From positions 1 through 64,000 of the forward strand of contig CAZOYD010000004.1 in the NCBI GenBank assembly GCA_964583985.1: a stretch of DNA of 64,000 nucleotides, in the 5' to 3' direction. A program made the translations under genes and the position numbers. Shown piece after piece: positions 1 to 9,173 of this stretch. The notes under the pieces were generated by a model, which was not told the DNA's origin, did no database searches, and worked only from the letters and a program-made list of their open reading frames with translations. The DNA comes from an uncultured archaeon (GTDB lineage Archaea; Asgardarchaeota; Lokiarchaeia; Sigyniarchaeales; SOKP01). Each line of letters begins with the position of its first letter. The first letter of the stretch is position 1.

Positions 1-118
1 TTTAAATCTAATAGTAGCATCGGTATCTTCCCAATTACGTTTTATATTTCACTCTTAATCTTACTTATCAATAGAATTGTATTTATAGTTTAAATAAGAA
101 AAAAAGAATTAAAAATAA

Positions 119-1834
119 TTATTCATAAATCGGCCATGCATAGAATCCATACATATCTGTTGGAGAATATGGTACATTTTTAAGATAGGATGCGTGGACT
201 GTGTAGTGATAAGAAGCCCAAAGCGGCATGTGAACAAATTCTTTTTGAAATAAAATGTATTGAATGCGCTGGTAAATATCAATCCGTTCAGATATATCGG
301 TTTCAATTGATGCATTATGGAGCAATTCATTCACGAGGGGTATGTCTACTTGACCAAAATTCCATGATGACTGAGGATTAAATAAGGGATCGAGTATATT
401 ATACGCATCAAAATAATCTCCTGGAGCCCATCCACAATGCCACACATGAATATAATCGGATTTATTTAGAAGATCTTCTAGCCAATCAGAATAACCCAAA
501 TCCAAATCGGTGGCATCTATTCCAATGAGTTGCCAATTTTTTAAAGCAAGCTCATTCAATTTCATATTAATAGATATTGAACCTCCTCCAATACGAATTA
601 AATTCAAAGGAGCACCAAAAATCTCAGTTGCGAACGACGCGTTGTTCCAATAGGACTCATCTAAACCAGGATAGTCCACATCCCACCCCACACCGTATCC
701 CATCTGTTGCATTAACATCCGAGCTCGTGTAATATTTATGTAAGGTAAATTGGATTGAACACTTGCATTATGCCCCGGCATTCCAGATGGAACTGCAGGG
801 CAACCACGTTCTGCATTGCCTAACATTATTACGTCAATCACATGCGAGTAGTTATAAGCAAACGAGAGTGCCTCCCTTAATGTCCGATTAATCAATTTGT
901 TATTAAATCCCATGTAGTAATAGGCTAATGTCGTGCCTGTTTCTTCAATTTTTATCTGAGGACATGCTTCAATTGGATATATATTTTGAGCAAAGTCAAT
1001 CTCTCCCACAAGCAATGCTTGAATTCGAGTTGCTTTGTCATTGATGATTGAGAAAATTAACTCTTCATAGAAAGTTCCGGTCCTCCAATATCGATCCCAT
1101 CTAGAGAATTTTACTTCTATGTCTTCGATGTAACTATCAAATTGAAATGGACCCGTTCCAATAAGATCTCCCTCAACAAGTTCAATGTATTCTGTTTGGG
1201 AATGAGAATAAGGAGATATGATGCTACAAAAAGGAGCGCTTAAGAAGGAAAGAAAAGGACCAAAGGGTTCATTAAGGGTTATATTGACGGAGTATTCATC
1301 AACAATTATGCAGTTCTTTATTATTGCAGTTCCATTGGAGCGATAGAATAATGAACTTGGAGAAGCTAAATGAGCATAAGCGGAAAGGAGTCCCGTCGCA
1401 TTGGTAAGATAAAGCCACCTATCAATGTTCCATTTTACAGCGGTAGAATTGAAAGGAAAGCCATCATGAAAGAAAATGTCCCGTTTCAAATCAAGTGATA
1501 AAACGGTATTATTGGAATTCCAAGAATAATTTTTCGCTAATAATGGTTCAAACGGTAGGGATGGATCTCGTACGTCATACCAAAACAACGTTTCTACTAC
1601 TTGATTAATAACATCATATGATGTGGTATCCCAAGCATCGATCGGGTCAAGTGTCACGGGGCTGCGAGATGTTCCTACGTAAAGAGTTAATGGTGACGGG
1701 CCTGGTGGACCAGGATCACTATTATTAAATAGACTTAATAAAATATTACCTATCATTGAAAAAATGAGCATTATCGATAAAATGGAGATTGCTGCTTTTA
1801 ATTTAGTAGAATTATTATTATGATTAAAACTCAT
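119..1834 (-). CDS. ABC transporter substrate-binding protein, family 5 (peptide/oligopeptide/nickel), with N-terminal membrane anchor
   Basis: TLDPIDAWD...VVETL, LKRDIFFHDGFPFNSTAVKWNIDR, IGTGPF and REALSFAYN motifs of SBP_bac_5; N-terminal hydrophobic helix followed by a PGPPGPSP linker. Confidence 0.9.
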   Translation of the reverse strand: MSFNHNNNSTKLKAAISILSIMLIFSMIGNILLSLFNNSDPGPPGPSPLTLYVGTSRSPVTLDPIDAWDTTSYDVINQVVETLFWYDVRDPSLPFEPLLAKNYSWNSNNTVLSLDLKRDIFFHDGFPFNSTAVKWNIDRWLYLTNATGLLSAYAHLASPSSLFYRSNGTAIIKNCIIVDEYSVNITLNEPFGPFLSFLSAPFCSIISPYSHSQTEYIELVEGDLIGTGPFQFDSYIEDIEVKFSRWDRYWRTGTFYEELIFSIINDKATRIQALLVGEIDFAQNIYPIEACPQIKIEETGTTLAYYYMGFNNKLINRTLREALSFAYNYSHVIDVIMLGNAERGCPAVPSGMPGHNASVQSNLPYINITRARMLMQQMGYGVGWDVDYPGLDESYWNNASFATEIFGAPLNLIRIGGGSISINMKLNELALKNWQLIGIDATDLDLGYSDWLEDLLNKSDYIHVWHCGWAPGDYFDAYNILDPLFNPQSSWNFGQVDIPLVNELLHNASIETDISERIDIYQRIQYILFQKEFVHMPLWASYHYTVHASYLKNVPYSPTDMYGFYAWPIYE

Positions 1835-1923
1835 TTTAAAATATTATTCTCCTTGAATATTCATGTATATGATGTTTTTTCAACTTAAATAATTATCTAG
1901 CAACTTTTTTGCATTTTATAAAT

Positions 1924-1958
1924 TAAATTCATCATCTCATGAGATTGAATTGAATTTA
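1924..1958. promoter_or_regulatory. Palindrome/hairpin upstream of the SBP gene (operator or terminator)
   Basis: Perfect 12-bp palindrome ATCTCATGAGAT (1934-1945) nested in TAAATTCA...TGAATTTA. Confidence 0.3.
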
Positions 1959-2068
1959 GGATTAAGTGTTTTATAGGTATCGAATAAATGATGAATTAGT
2001 AGACGTATAGAAATAATTTAAAAAGTTAGTTAAAAACTGAAAAAGTCAATAATTATTAAAAATCAGTT

Positions 2069-3652
2069 TTAAGAATGAGAACTTTTATTAATTTGGATTG
2101 GCTCTTCTAACATGTTTGAGATTTTGATCTTCCCATTCGCTTTACCATTTTGCCTGGAATATAATGGAACATCTTCCATTAAAGCTTTTTTATTTTTAAG
2201 TTCTTTAGGGACCCCATTCTCTGCCATGCCATTAGCTGATAACATGCTTCGACCGTTTAGAACCATTTGATGTATGAGTTTAAGAATTTTTTTAGTCATC
2301 CAATTAAACTTACCGAAAGGATTGAGATATTCCATTGCTTTTCCCATCAACCACCCCCATTGCAAGTAAAACGCGTTATAAGCCTCAGCTACCAGTTCAT
2401 AGATTTCTTGAGCTGATAATTCTTCAGTACTCATCATCGTGTGGAACAGATCATAGTGAGTGTAATTGGTGGAAGTGATCATTCCTTTTTCATCCATTTC
2501 CTCATAGAATGGTGTACCGGGAAATGCGGTAATTGGAGTAAACTGTACTATATCGAGTTTCATATCTCGTGCATATTGTATGTTTTGACGTACCATTCTT
2601 TTTGTTTCTCCCGGAAATCCAATAATGAGACCTCCAAAAACGGAGATTCCACGATCACGTAACGATTTGACAACGTGTTTTACCATTGCTGGTGTCGTAT
2701 TTTTTTTATTCATTGCATCTAGACTTTGTTGATGAACCGATTCTATCCCTAAGAATATTTGACGAAAACCAGCCTTATGAAATTTATCTATGAGTTCTGG
2801 GTTTCGAAAAAGCACGTCTACTCGACTCTGGCAAGTAAAATGCATTTTATGTTGGACCCCCGATTTTATGATGGCATCAAGAATTTTATTGGTTCGTTTC
2901 AAATTAATGCTGAAATTGTCATCAGTAAAAAAAATAAAATCAGTCTTCCAGCCTACAGCATATATCTCTTGCATGACACGTTTTATAGATTTGGTTCGAT
3001 AAGTCGGACCGCCATTAGAATTACGCCACATTTTAATTATACAACAGAAGGCGCAGTTATGGGGACAACCTCGAGAAGTTTCAACAGGCTGAGTTAAAGC
3101 TCCTAATGCTGCATATTTTCTATTTCCTAATAAATCTCTTCTTGGTATAGGAAACACATCTAAATTTTTTTCAAGCTCTCTTTCAGCATTATGAACTATA
3201 TTGCCATTACTATCTTTATATGAAAGACCATCAATTTTCTCTAAATCTTTTTCATTCTTTTCTGAACTTAAATAATCAATGAGTTCCTTGAAAGTGTGCT
3301 CTCCCTCACCTCTTATTACATAATCTACCTGTTTATGTGAAATAACTTGGATAGGATCCAACGTAGGATGATAGCCCCCTAAAATGGTGGTACAACCTTC
3401 TTCTTTTGCCATTTTAGCAACTACCAAGGCATGGCTAATTTGAGGGGTTAAACTCGTGATCGCCACGATATCAGAGCTTCGCAATAAAGTACGAAAGCTT
3501 TCTTCTTTATATTTATCCATTTTAAAATCAAATAATTCAGCATCATGTTCTGGGACCATTGCTGCAAGTGTGACTAGATTCAAAGGTGCTCCTTTAACAA
3601 TAGCATCTAATCCAGAACTTAGTTTCCCTGGATTTACATATAAAATTTTCAT
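2069..3652 (-). CDS. Cobalamin-dependent (class B) radical SAM protein
   Basis: N-terminal B12-binding domain (TILGGYHPT, VIRGEGE); SRGCPHNCAFC CxxxCxxC motif; FFTDDNF; GIES; PFPGT-like TAFPGT. Confidence 0.92.
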   Translation of the reverse strand: MKILYVNPGKLSSGLDAIVKGAPLNLVTLAAMVPEHDAELFDFKMDKYKEESFRTLLRSSDIVAITSLTPQISHALVVAKMAKEEGCTTILGGYHPTLDPIQVISHKQVDYVIRGEGEHTFKELIDYLSSEKNEKDLEKIDGLSYKDSNGNIVHNAERELEKNLDVFPIPRRDLLGNRKYAALGALTQPVETSRGCPHNCAFCCIIKMWRNSNGGPTYRTKSIKRVMQEIYAVGWKTDFIFFTDDNFSINLKRTNKILDAIIKSGVQHKMHFTCQSRVDVLFRNPELIDKFHKAGFRQIFLGIESVHQQSLDAMNKKNTTPAMVKHVVKSLRDRGISVFGGLIIGFPGETKRMVRQNIQYARDMKLDIVQFTPITAFPGTPFYEEMDEKGMITSTNYTHYDLFHTMMSTEELSAQEIYELVAEAYNAFYLQWGWLMGKAMEYLNPFGKFNWMTKKILKLIHQMVLNGRSMLSANGMAENGVPKELKNKKALMEDVPLYSRQNGKANGKIKISNMLEEPIQINKSSHS

Positions 3653-3798
3653 TCTTATTTACTTTCCTTTAATTTTTAGCTTCATTCCTTACTTGAATTA
3701 TGCCTTATTTAATTAGGAAATTAGCTTGAAACCAATTAAAAAGAGTCATAAAAGCATGTAAGCTATAATAAATATGGAAAATCTAATATATAAATCTT

Positions 3799-3852
3799 AT
3801 TGTTGGATCTACTATCCATTGTTGATCAACAATATAGTGTTGATTTAACAAT
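3799..3852. promoter_or_regulatory. Three tandem palindromic operator-like sites just upstream of a minus-strand TATA box
   Basis: ATTGTTGGATCTACTAT (3799), perfect ATTGTTGATCAACAAT (3818-3833), AGTGTTGATTTAACAAT (3836); TTTATATA on the minus strand at 3787-3794. Confidence 0.5.
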
Positions 3853-3868
3853 TTGAAATTTTAAGCTA

Positions 3869-4870
3869 CTAAATAGCATGATCTTTGACAAGTTCGATGA
3901 TTTGTGCTTTTCTGCATGAAGATGGAACCATAATATCGTTTTCAGAGCAAAATGTTTTTAATTCTTTAACTGTCCATTTATTATAATCTATTTCTTTTTC
4001 TTCCATGGTAGATTTTACGATTGATTGTTTCTCTTTTATTTTTTCTCGTGTATTATCAAGAGGTTCAAGGATCTCGATAGCTTCAATTCCATGTGACTCA
4101 TCGTAGTGAACTCGTAATTTATGACCATCTAACTCAAAAGATCCGCTGGGTAGATTCTTTACAGGCTCCCACGTTGTTTCTTCGATATTTTGTCCAAAGA
4201 TCTCTACTTTTTTAGTAATTAATCCGTAAAGAATATTTTGACCGGTTAAAATATTCCGTCTCTTGAAATTTTCAGGTAATTCCATGCCCAAAATTTTATC
4301 TAATTTCTCTTTATTTGATTCTGCTTTTTGATGTATTACTTTAGAAGTCTGATCTTGAGAAAGTGAGTTTTTTAAGAATGACTGTTTAGCTTTAGAAATA
4401 GGGGATGAGGTAGGAGGTTGTTTTGTTATCTTAAGAACATCAGGTATTACTTCACCAGTGAACCCCGTAGCCCTTGCTAATTCTTCAAGTTCAAATCCAA
4501 ACGATCTTAAAAATTCATTGGGTTCATCTCCTTGTTCAACCGTAACCACCTTACAGCGATGTAAGTGACCAATTTGTACCAATTCTGTTTGTAACTCTTG
4601 AGCTACCCTGCTTGCAATAAATTTTTTTCTAACATGAGCTGCAGATCCCTTGTATATATATATTCTTCTAAGATCCTCCTTCACAATTATGGCTACTTGT
4701 TTAAGATGAAGGATTCCTGAACCTTTATTTTTTTGGAATTCATTTTCAGTGATATTTAAACGCTGTCGTTCACCTGTATCCAGAACTTCGAATATCATGA
4801 AGCTGTCATAAATCATTATTTCATTCTCATTGGGTGTAATAAATTTTGATTTTTCGATTTTATATTCCAT
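3869..4870 (-). CDS. Gelsolin-domain protein with C-terminal SAP/HeH-like motif
   Basis: IYIYKGSAAHVRKKFIASRVAQEL...VVTVEQGDEPNEFLRSF resembles the gelsolin repeat; C-terminal YNKWTVKELKTFCSENDI...RKAQIIELV fits the SAP/Rho-N/HeH pattern. Confidence 0.75.
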   Translation of the reverse strand: MEYKIEKSKFITPNENEIMIYDSFMIFEVLDTGERQRLNITENEFQKNKGSGILHLKQVAIIVKEDLRRIYIYKGSAAHVRKKFIASRVAQELQTELVQIGHLHRCKVVTVEQGDEPNEFLRSFGFELEELARATGFTGEVIPDVLKITKQPPTSSPISKAKQSFLKNSLSQDQTSKVIHQKAESNKEKLDKILGMELPENFKRRNILTGQNILYGLITKKVEIFGQNIEETTWEPVKNLPSGSFELDGHKLRVHYDESHGIEAIEILEPLDNTREKIKEKQSIVKSTMEEKEIDYNKWTVKELKTFCSENDIMVPSSCRKAQIIELVKDHAI

Positions 4871-5058
4871 TTTTACTCAATGCTAAATAATTCAATAAAT
4901 TAAGGTTATTTATATTATATGAAAATGAAAGAGAGAGCGCTTGATTAGTGAAGATTTAGACCTTATCATCAAATCCTCGATTACTATCTATTTTAGCCAT
5001 CTTTTAAGTTCATAATCATTTTATTATAAAAAATAACGATTAAAATTATATGTGACAT

Positions 5059-5078
5059 TTCTGAGATAATTCTCAGAA
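5059..5078. promoter_or_regulatory. Inverted repeat (candidate operator) upstream of iorA
   Basis: TTCTGAGA-TAAT-TCTCAGAA, perfect 8-bp arms, ending 34 nt before the start codon. Confidence 0.45.
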
Positions 5079-5112
5079 TATTTCAACTTATTATAAAAAG
5101 ATGTGATAAATA

Positions 5113-7101
5113 TTGATTGATGATGTTATTTCGGAAGATAAAGATAAAGCATTTCTTTTTTGTAACGAAGCTATAGTGCGAGGAGCATTAGAGGCAGATG
5201 TAAAAGTAGTTGCATTTTACCCAGGTTCTCCCGTATCAGAGATTTTAGATACATTTTATCAAATCTCAGATAAGATGGATGTCAAGATGGAAATAGCCAC
5301 TAATGAGAAAGTTGCTTTGGAAATTGTTGCGGGGGCTTCTATGGGTGGACAAAGATCATTGACTGCATTAAAAAGCGTTGGGTTAAACGTGGCATCAGAT
5401 ACATTTTTCAGTTTGGGATATACGGGAGTCAATAAAGGATGCGTAATGGTATTTGCTGATGACCCTTACTGTCACTCGTCACAAAGTGAAGAAGATGGAC
5501 GATTTTTTGCAGAATATGGTTATTTTCCCTTGCTTGAGCCCACTGATCCGGTTGAAGCAAAACAAATGGTAAAAGATGCGTTCGAAATATCTGAGAGATT
5601 CCACACTTTAGTGCTCATTCGAACTACAACTCGTATTAATCATCAATCCACAATTGTACCATTAACACCATTAAATAGAACCAAATTTATACCAGGCAGT
5701 TTTCGCTCTTATAATAGAAGTTATGCTACAGTAGGGTCTCGAGCACGTGAATTGAAGGCCGAATTGCTAAGGAAAAGAGATAGATTAAGAGAAGAGTTTG
5801 AAAATTCAAAATACAATATCATCTCGGGGGATCCTTCTGAAATTGGGATTATCACATCTGGAGTCTCGTATAATTATGTTTTGGAAGTAGTTCGAAAATT
5901 GAATATTAATCCATTAATACTCAAATTAGGAACGACAAACCCCCTCCCAAATAACTTGGTAAAAAAATTTCTCAAGCCTTTAAAGAGTGTTGTTATCGTG
6001 GAGGAATTGTCTCCTTTCTTAGAAAATAAAATAAAAGCCCTATCAAAGGATGTGAATCCAGACATACAAATTTTTGGTAAACTTTCGGGACATTTTAGCG
6101 AATCAAATGAATACAACATTCCAATAGTTCTAAATGTTATCAGAGATGTATTTAACTTATCTTCGGACCATGATTATGAAAAGATCTTACATAATACTGA
6201 TGAATTGAAGTCAATCCTTCCTGTTAGAATTCCTGTTTTTTGTCCGGGATGTCCTCATAGAGCTACATTCTGGGCACTTCAGAGGGCAGTTGGGAATAAA
6301 AGTGATAAAATAGCGTTCATAAATGATATTGGATGTTATTCCATGCTGTTACTGAATGCTAAAATATATTCAAAACTCCACCCTGACGACTTACTCCTCG
6401 CAATGGGTGCGACGATTGGCGCTGCAAGTGGGCTATCCTTAGCGTCTGAAGAAAAAATATTCTCAATAATTGGAGACAGCACTTTTTTCCATGCTGGATT
6501 GCCCGGAATGATTAACGTGAGCAATAATAATGAGAACGTGATAGTAATCATATTAGATAATTCAGTTACTGCAATGACGGGACAACAACCCAATCCTGGG
6601 ACGGGATACGGACCTTCTGGGGTACCCAAACATAAGATTCCGATCGAAAACGTGTTGAAAGGAATGGGATTTGAAAATGTCATAATTAATGATTGTTATG
6701 ATGTGAAAAATAGCATAAAGTCATTTAAGAAAGCTTTAGAACAACCCGGTGCTACCGTGATAATTTCACGGGGACCTTGTGCGTTATGGAATGATAGAAA
6801 CAAACGAACACGTGGTGAAAAAATACAACCCTTTTTCGTAGATAATGAAATTTGTCGAAAATGCCATACTTGCATGCGTGATTTTTATTGTCCAGCGATA
6901 AGCATGGAATCCATGGAAACAGAATATATGGACGATAACGGAAAAATGTGGAAGGGATTTTCATCTCACATATCCACGGAATTATGCGATGGATGTGGCG
7001 TGTGTTCAATAATTTGCCCTTATACTGACCATGAGAATCGCTCAGCAAACGATGTGATAAAACCTTTTTCAAAAAAAAGGGAGGTGCCTCATGACTTATA
7101 A
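5113..7101 (+). CDS. iorA: Indolepyruvate:ferredoxin oxidoreductase alpha subunit
   Basis: NEAIVRGA, YPGSPVSEI, NEKVALE, FCPGCPH, TPP motif GDSTFFHAG...DNSVTAMTGQQ, C-terminal 2x[4Fe-4S] motifs. Confidence 0.95.
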   Translation: MIDDVISEDKDKAFLFCNEAIVRGALEADVKVVAFYPGSPVSEILDTFYQISDKMDVKMEIATNEKVALEIVAGASMGGQRSLTALKSVGLNVASDTFFSLGYTGVNKGCVMVFADDPYCHSSQSEEDGRFFAEYGYFPLLEPTDPVEAKQMVKDAFEISERFHTLVLIRTTTRINHQSTIVPLTPLNRTKFIPGSFRSYNRSYATVGSRARELKAELLRKRDRLREEFENSKYNIISGDPSEIGIITSGVSYNYVLEVVRKLNINPLILKLGTTNPLPNNLVKKFLKPLKSVVIVEELSPFLENKIKALSKDVNPDIQIFGKLSGHFSESNEYNIPIVLNVIRDVFNLSSDHDYEKILHNTDELKSILPVRIPVFCPGCPHRATFWALQRAVGNKSDKIAFINDIGCYSMLLLNAKIYSKLHPDDLLLAMGATIGAASGLSLASEEKIFSIIGDSTFFHAGLPGMINVSNNNENVIVIILDNSVTAMTGQQPNPGTGYGPSGVPKHKIPIENVLKGMGFENVIINDCYDVKNSIKSFKKALEQPGATVIISRGPCALWNDRNKRTRGEKIQPFFVDNEICRKCHTCMRDFYCPAISMESMETEYMDDNGKMWKGFSSHISTELCDGCGVCSIICPYTDHENRSANDVIKPFSKKREVPHDL

Positions 7102-7693
7102 TATCATGACCTGTGGAGTAGGTGGGCAAGGTTTAATGCTCGTTTCTAACATTATTGGATTAACTTGCGCCGAATACGGATTTAATATCAGAACTGCAGA
7201 AACTCATGGATTAGCACAACGGTCTGGTTCCATCTATACTCACATACGAATTGGAGATAATGTTTTTTCTCCCCTAATTCCATATGGAGAAGCTGATGTG
7301 TTATTAGGGATGGAAGCTATTGAATCTCTACGATATATAGAATTTTTAAAACCTAACGGTGTTATTATATTAAATGATTACGTATGGCAACCTGTTCAAA
7401 GCACCTTCGACCGTGTTAATGATTCCAAAGTAAAATATGTTACAGTTCAAAATATCATTGAAAAAATGAAAGAAATAACAACTAATATATTCATCATAAA
7501 TGCTTTGGAATTAGCTTTAAAAGCAGGTAATTCTCTAACTTCTAACGTCATACTTCTTGGTGCTCTTTCAAAAATAAAGGGATTTCCAATCCTTAAAGAA
7601 CAACTGATCTCTATGATACCCAATGTAGTTCCAAAAAAAGCTATTGATGTAAATTTAAAGGCTTTTGAGATTGGTTATGAGGAAATAAAATAA
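7091..7693 (+). CDS. iorB: Indolepyruvate:ferredoxin oxidoreductase beta subunit
   Basis: GVGGQG, AETHGLAQRSGS, NVILLGA; overlaps the iorA stop; GGAGGTG RBS. Confidence 0.95.
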   Translation: MTYNIMTCGVGGQGLMLVSNIIGLTCAEYGFNIRTAETHGLAQRSGSIYTHIRIGDNVFSPLIPYGEADVLLGMEAIESLRYIEFLKPNGVIILNDYVWQPVQSTFDRVNDSKVKYVTVQNIIEKMKEITTNIFIINALELALKAGNSLTSNVILLGALSKIKGFPILKEQLISMIPNVVPKKAIDVNLKAFEIGYEEIK

Positions 7694-7717
7694 AAAATCA
7701 ATTTATCTAGAGTTCTA

Positions 7718-8125
7718 TTATTCATTATAATTATTTTTTTTCACTAAATCGAGTAAGTGCTTGTATTGCCAAAGACGTTCTTTAGCAATAGCTTTAGCAG
7801 CATGAACAGCGTGACCTGCAACATGGGCAGTTGCAACAGCATGAGCTGCAGAACGAGCAACTGCGCGAGTTACTCCTTCATCAACATCACGGGCAGCAGC
7901 ATGAGCCGCGAATGCAGCAGAACGAGCCTCACCAACAGATATCTCATCACGAACCCAAGCTCGCCCTACTTCTATAGCATTTCTTGGTCGATCATCTTTT
8001 GGATACTTTTCCTCAAAAAATGATAGTACATGCTCCGCACAATCAATAGCCCAAACAGCTAAAGTTTTGTGGTCTATTTTACCTGCAATCTCTATTATCT
8101 TCTCTTTTATATCATTTTCTCCCAT
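7718..8125 (-). CDS. Imm-5-like (putative immunity) domain protein
   Basis: WAIDCAEHVL...DDRPRNAIE..RAW...AFAAHAAAR...ATAHV...ERLWQ pattern; Ala-rich. Confidence 0.7.
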   Translation of the reverse strand: MGENDIKEKIIEIAGKIDHKTLAVWAIDCAEHVLSFFEEKYPKDDRPRNAIEVGRAWVRDEISVGEARSAAFAAHAAARDVDEGVTRAVARSAAHAVATAHVAGHAVHAAKAIAKERLWQYKHLLDLVKKNNYNE

Positions 8126-8153
8126 AATATAAATAAAATTCGTAAAAAAATGA

Positions 8154-8627
8154 TTATTTCTGTTTTCTTCTTTTTACTAATTCCATGAATTCAATAACCG
8201 CTCCAAAAGTATCTACAAAATCCATGTACGCATATTTCAATTTCGGTGGAAACATGCCCGATTGTACTAATTCTATTCCTTCTTTTTGAAACATGTCCAC
8301 ATATTTATCTACATCATCTACAAAAACACCGAAATGATGAAGCCCTTCTTTTTGAGAATCTACAAACTCTTTATAGATACACTCTCCTTTTAACCATTGA
8401 AATATCTCAATAGTGGTATTAAAGCATCTACTCATTCCTATTTTTATAGAAAATTTAATATCTCTGCCCCGATACATCGCAGGATGATCTAAATCTTCAG
8501 AAAATTGAAATTTAGGCATTCCAAAAAGCGATTCCATCATCTTAGCATGTTTTTCAGGATCTTGAAATATATAACAGATATGGTGGATTTGAAGATTTTT
8601 AAAATCAAATTCAAGATTGTTTTCCAT
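8154..8627 (-). CDS. VOC/glyoxalase family protein (methylmalonyl-CoA epimerase-like)
   Basis: IHHICY, IEIFQ, EGLHHFGVFVDD and VIEFME metal-ligand motifs. Confidence 0.85.
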   Translation of the reverse strand: MENNLEFDFKNLQIHHICYIFQDPEKHAKMMESLFGMPKFQFSEDLDHPAMYRGRDIKFSIKIGMSRCFNTTIEIFQWLKGECIYKEFVDSQKEGLHHFGVFVDDVDKYVDMFQKEGIELVQSGMFPPKLKYAYMDFVDTFGAVIEFMELVKRRKQK

Positions 8628-8732
8628 TTTTAATCATTTTTAAAGTGTTATTTTATTGAACTATATCTTCAACTTATATAGTTAAAAATCTATATGTTAA
8701 AGGGAAAAAAAATTACTAGTAATATTGGTAAA

Positions 8733-9173
8733 TTATTTTGGTGTAATATCTGAGATAATACCTTTTTTTATCGCATCATCTTCATCTTGGAATATAGCCA
8801 TTGCAGTATTCATCATTTTAAATCCGAGTTTGTAATAAAATCCTTCTTTACCAGAATTTGCATAGAGAATTATCTTTTTATGACCCTGAGATTGTTCAAT
8901 GAGATCATGAACTATTTTTTTTCCAAGACCAATACCTTGATATTCAGGGTGAACTGCTATATCACAAATATATGAACAATCCTTTCCGTCGGCTAAAGCT
9001 CTACCAACACCAACAAGGATATCCCCATCAAAGATGAAACATTTAAACTTGCTATTAGAAAATGAACACTTTAAATCATCAAGTACTTTTAAACCAAGAG
9101 GAGCAATTTTATATAATTCACATAGTTCTTCCCAATTTATTGTAGATTGATCATGACTCATTGTTATCTTCAT
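8733..9173 (-). CDS. GNAT family N-acetyltransferase (start probably 9173 or 9161 rather than 9203)
   Basis: ICDIAVHPEYQGIGLGKKI acetyl-CoA motif A; GFYYKLGF. Confidence 0.9.
   Translation of the reverse strand: MKITMSHDQSTINWEELCELYKIAPLGLKVLDDLKCSFSNSKFKCFIFDGDILVGVGRALADGKDCSYICDIAVHPEYQGIGLGKKIVHDLIEQSQGHKKIILYANSGKEGFYYKLGFKMMNTAMAIFQDEDDAIKKGIISDITPK

Noticed and set aside
7790-7930. GCA-rich quasi-repeat
   Set aside because: Explained by Ala codons in the Imm-5-like gene; not a DNA repeat element
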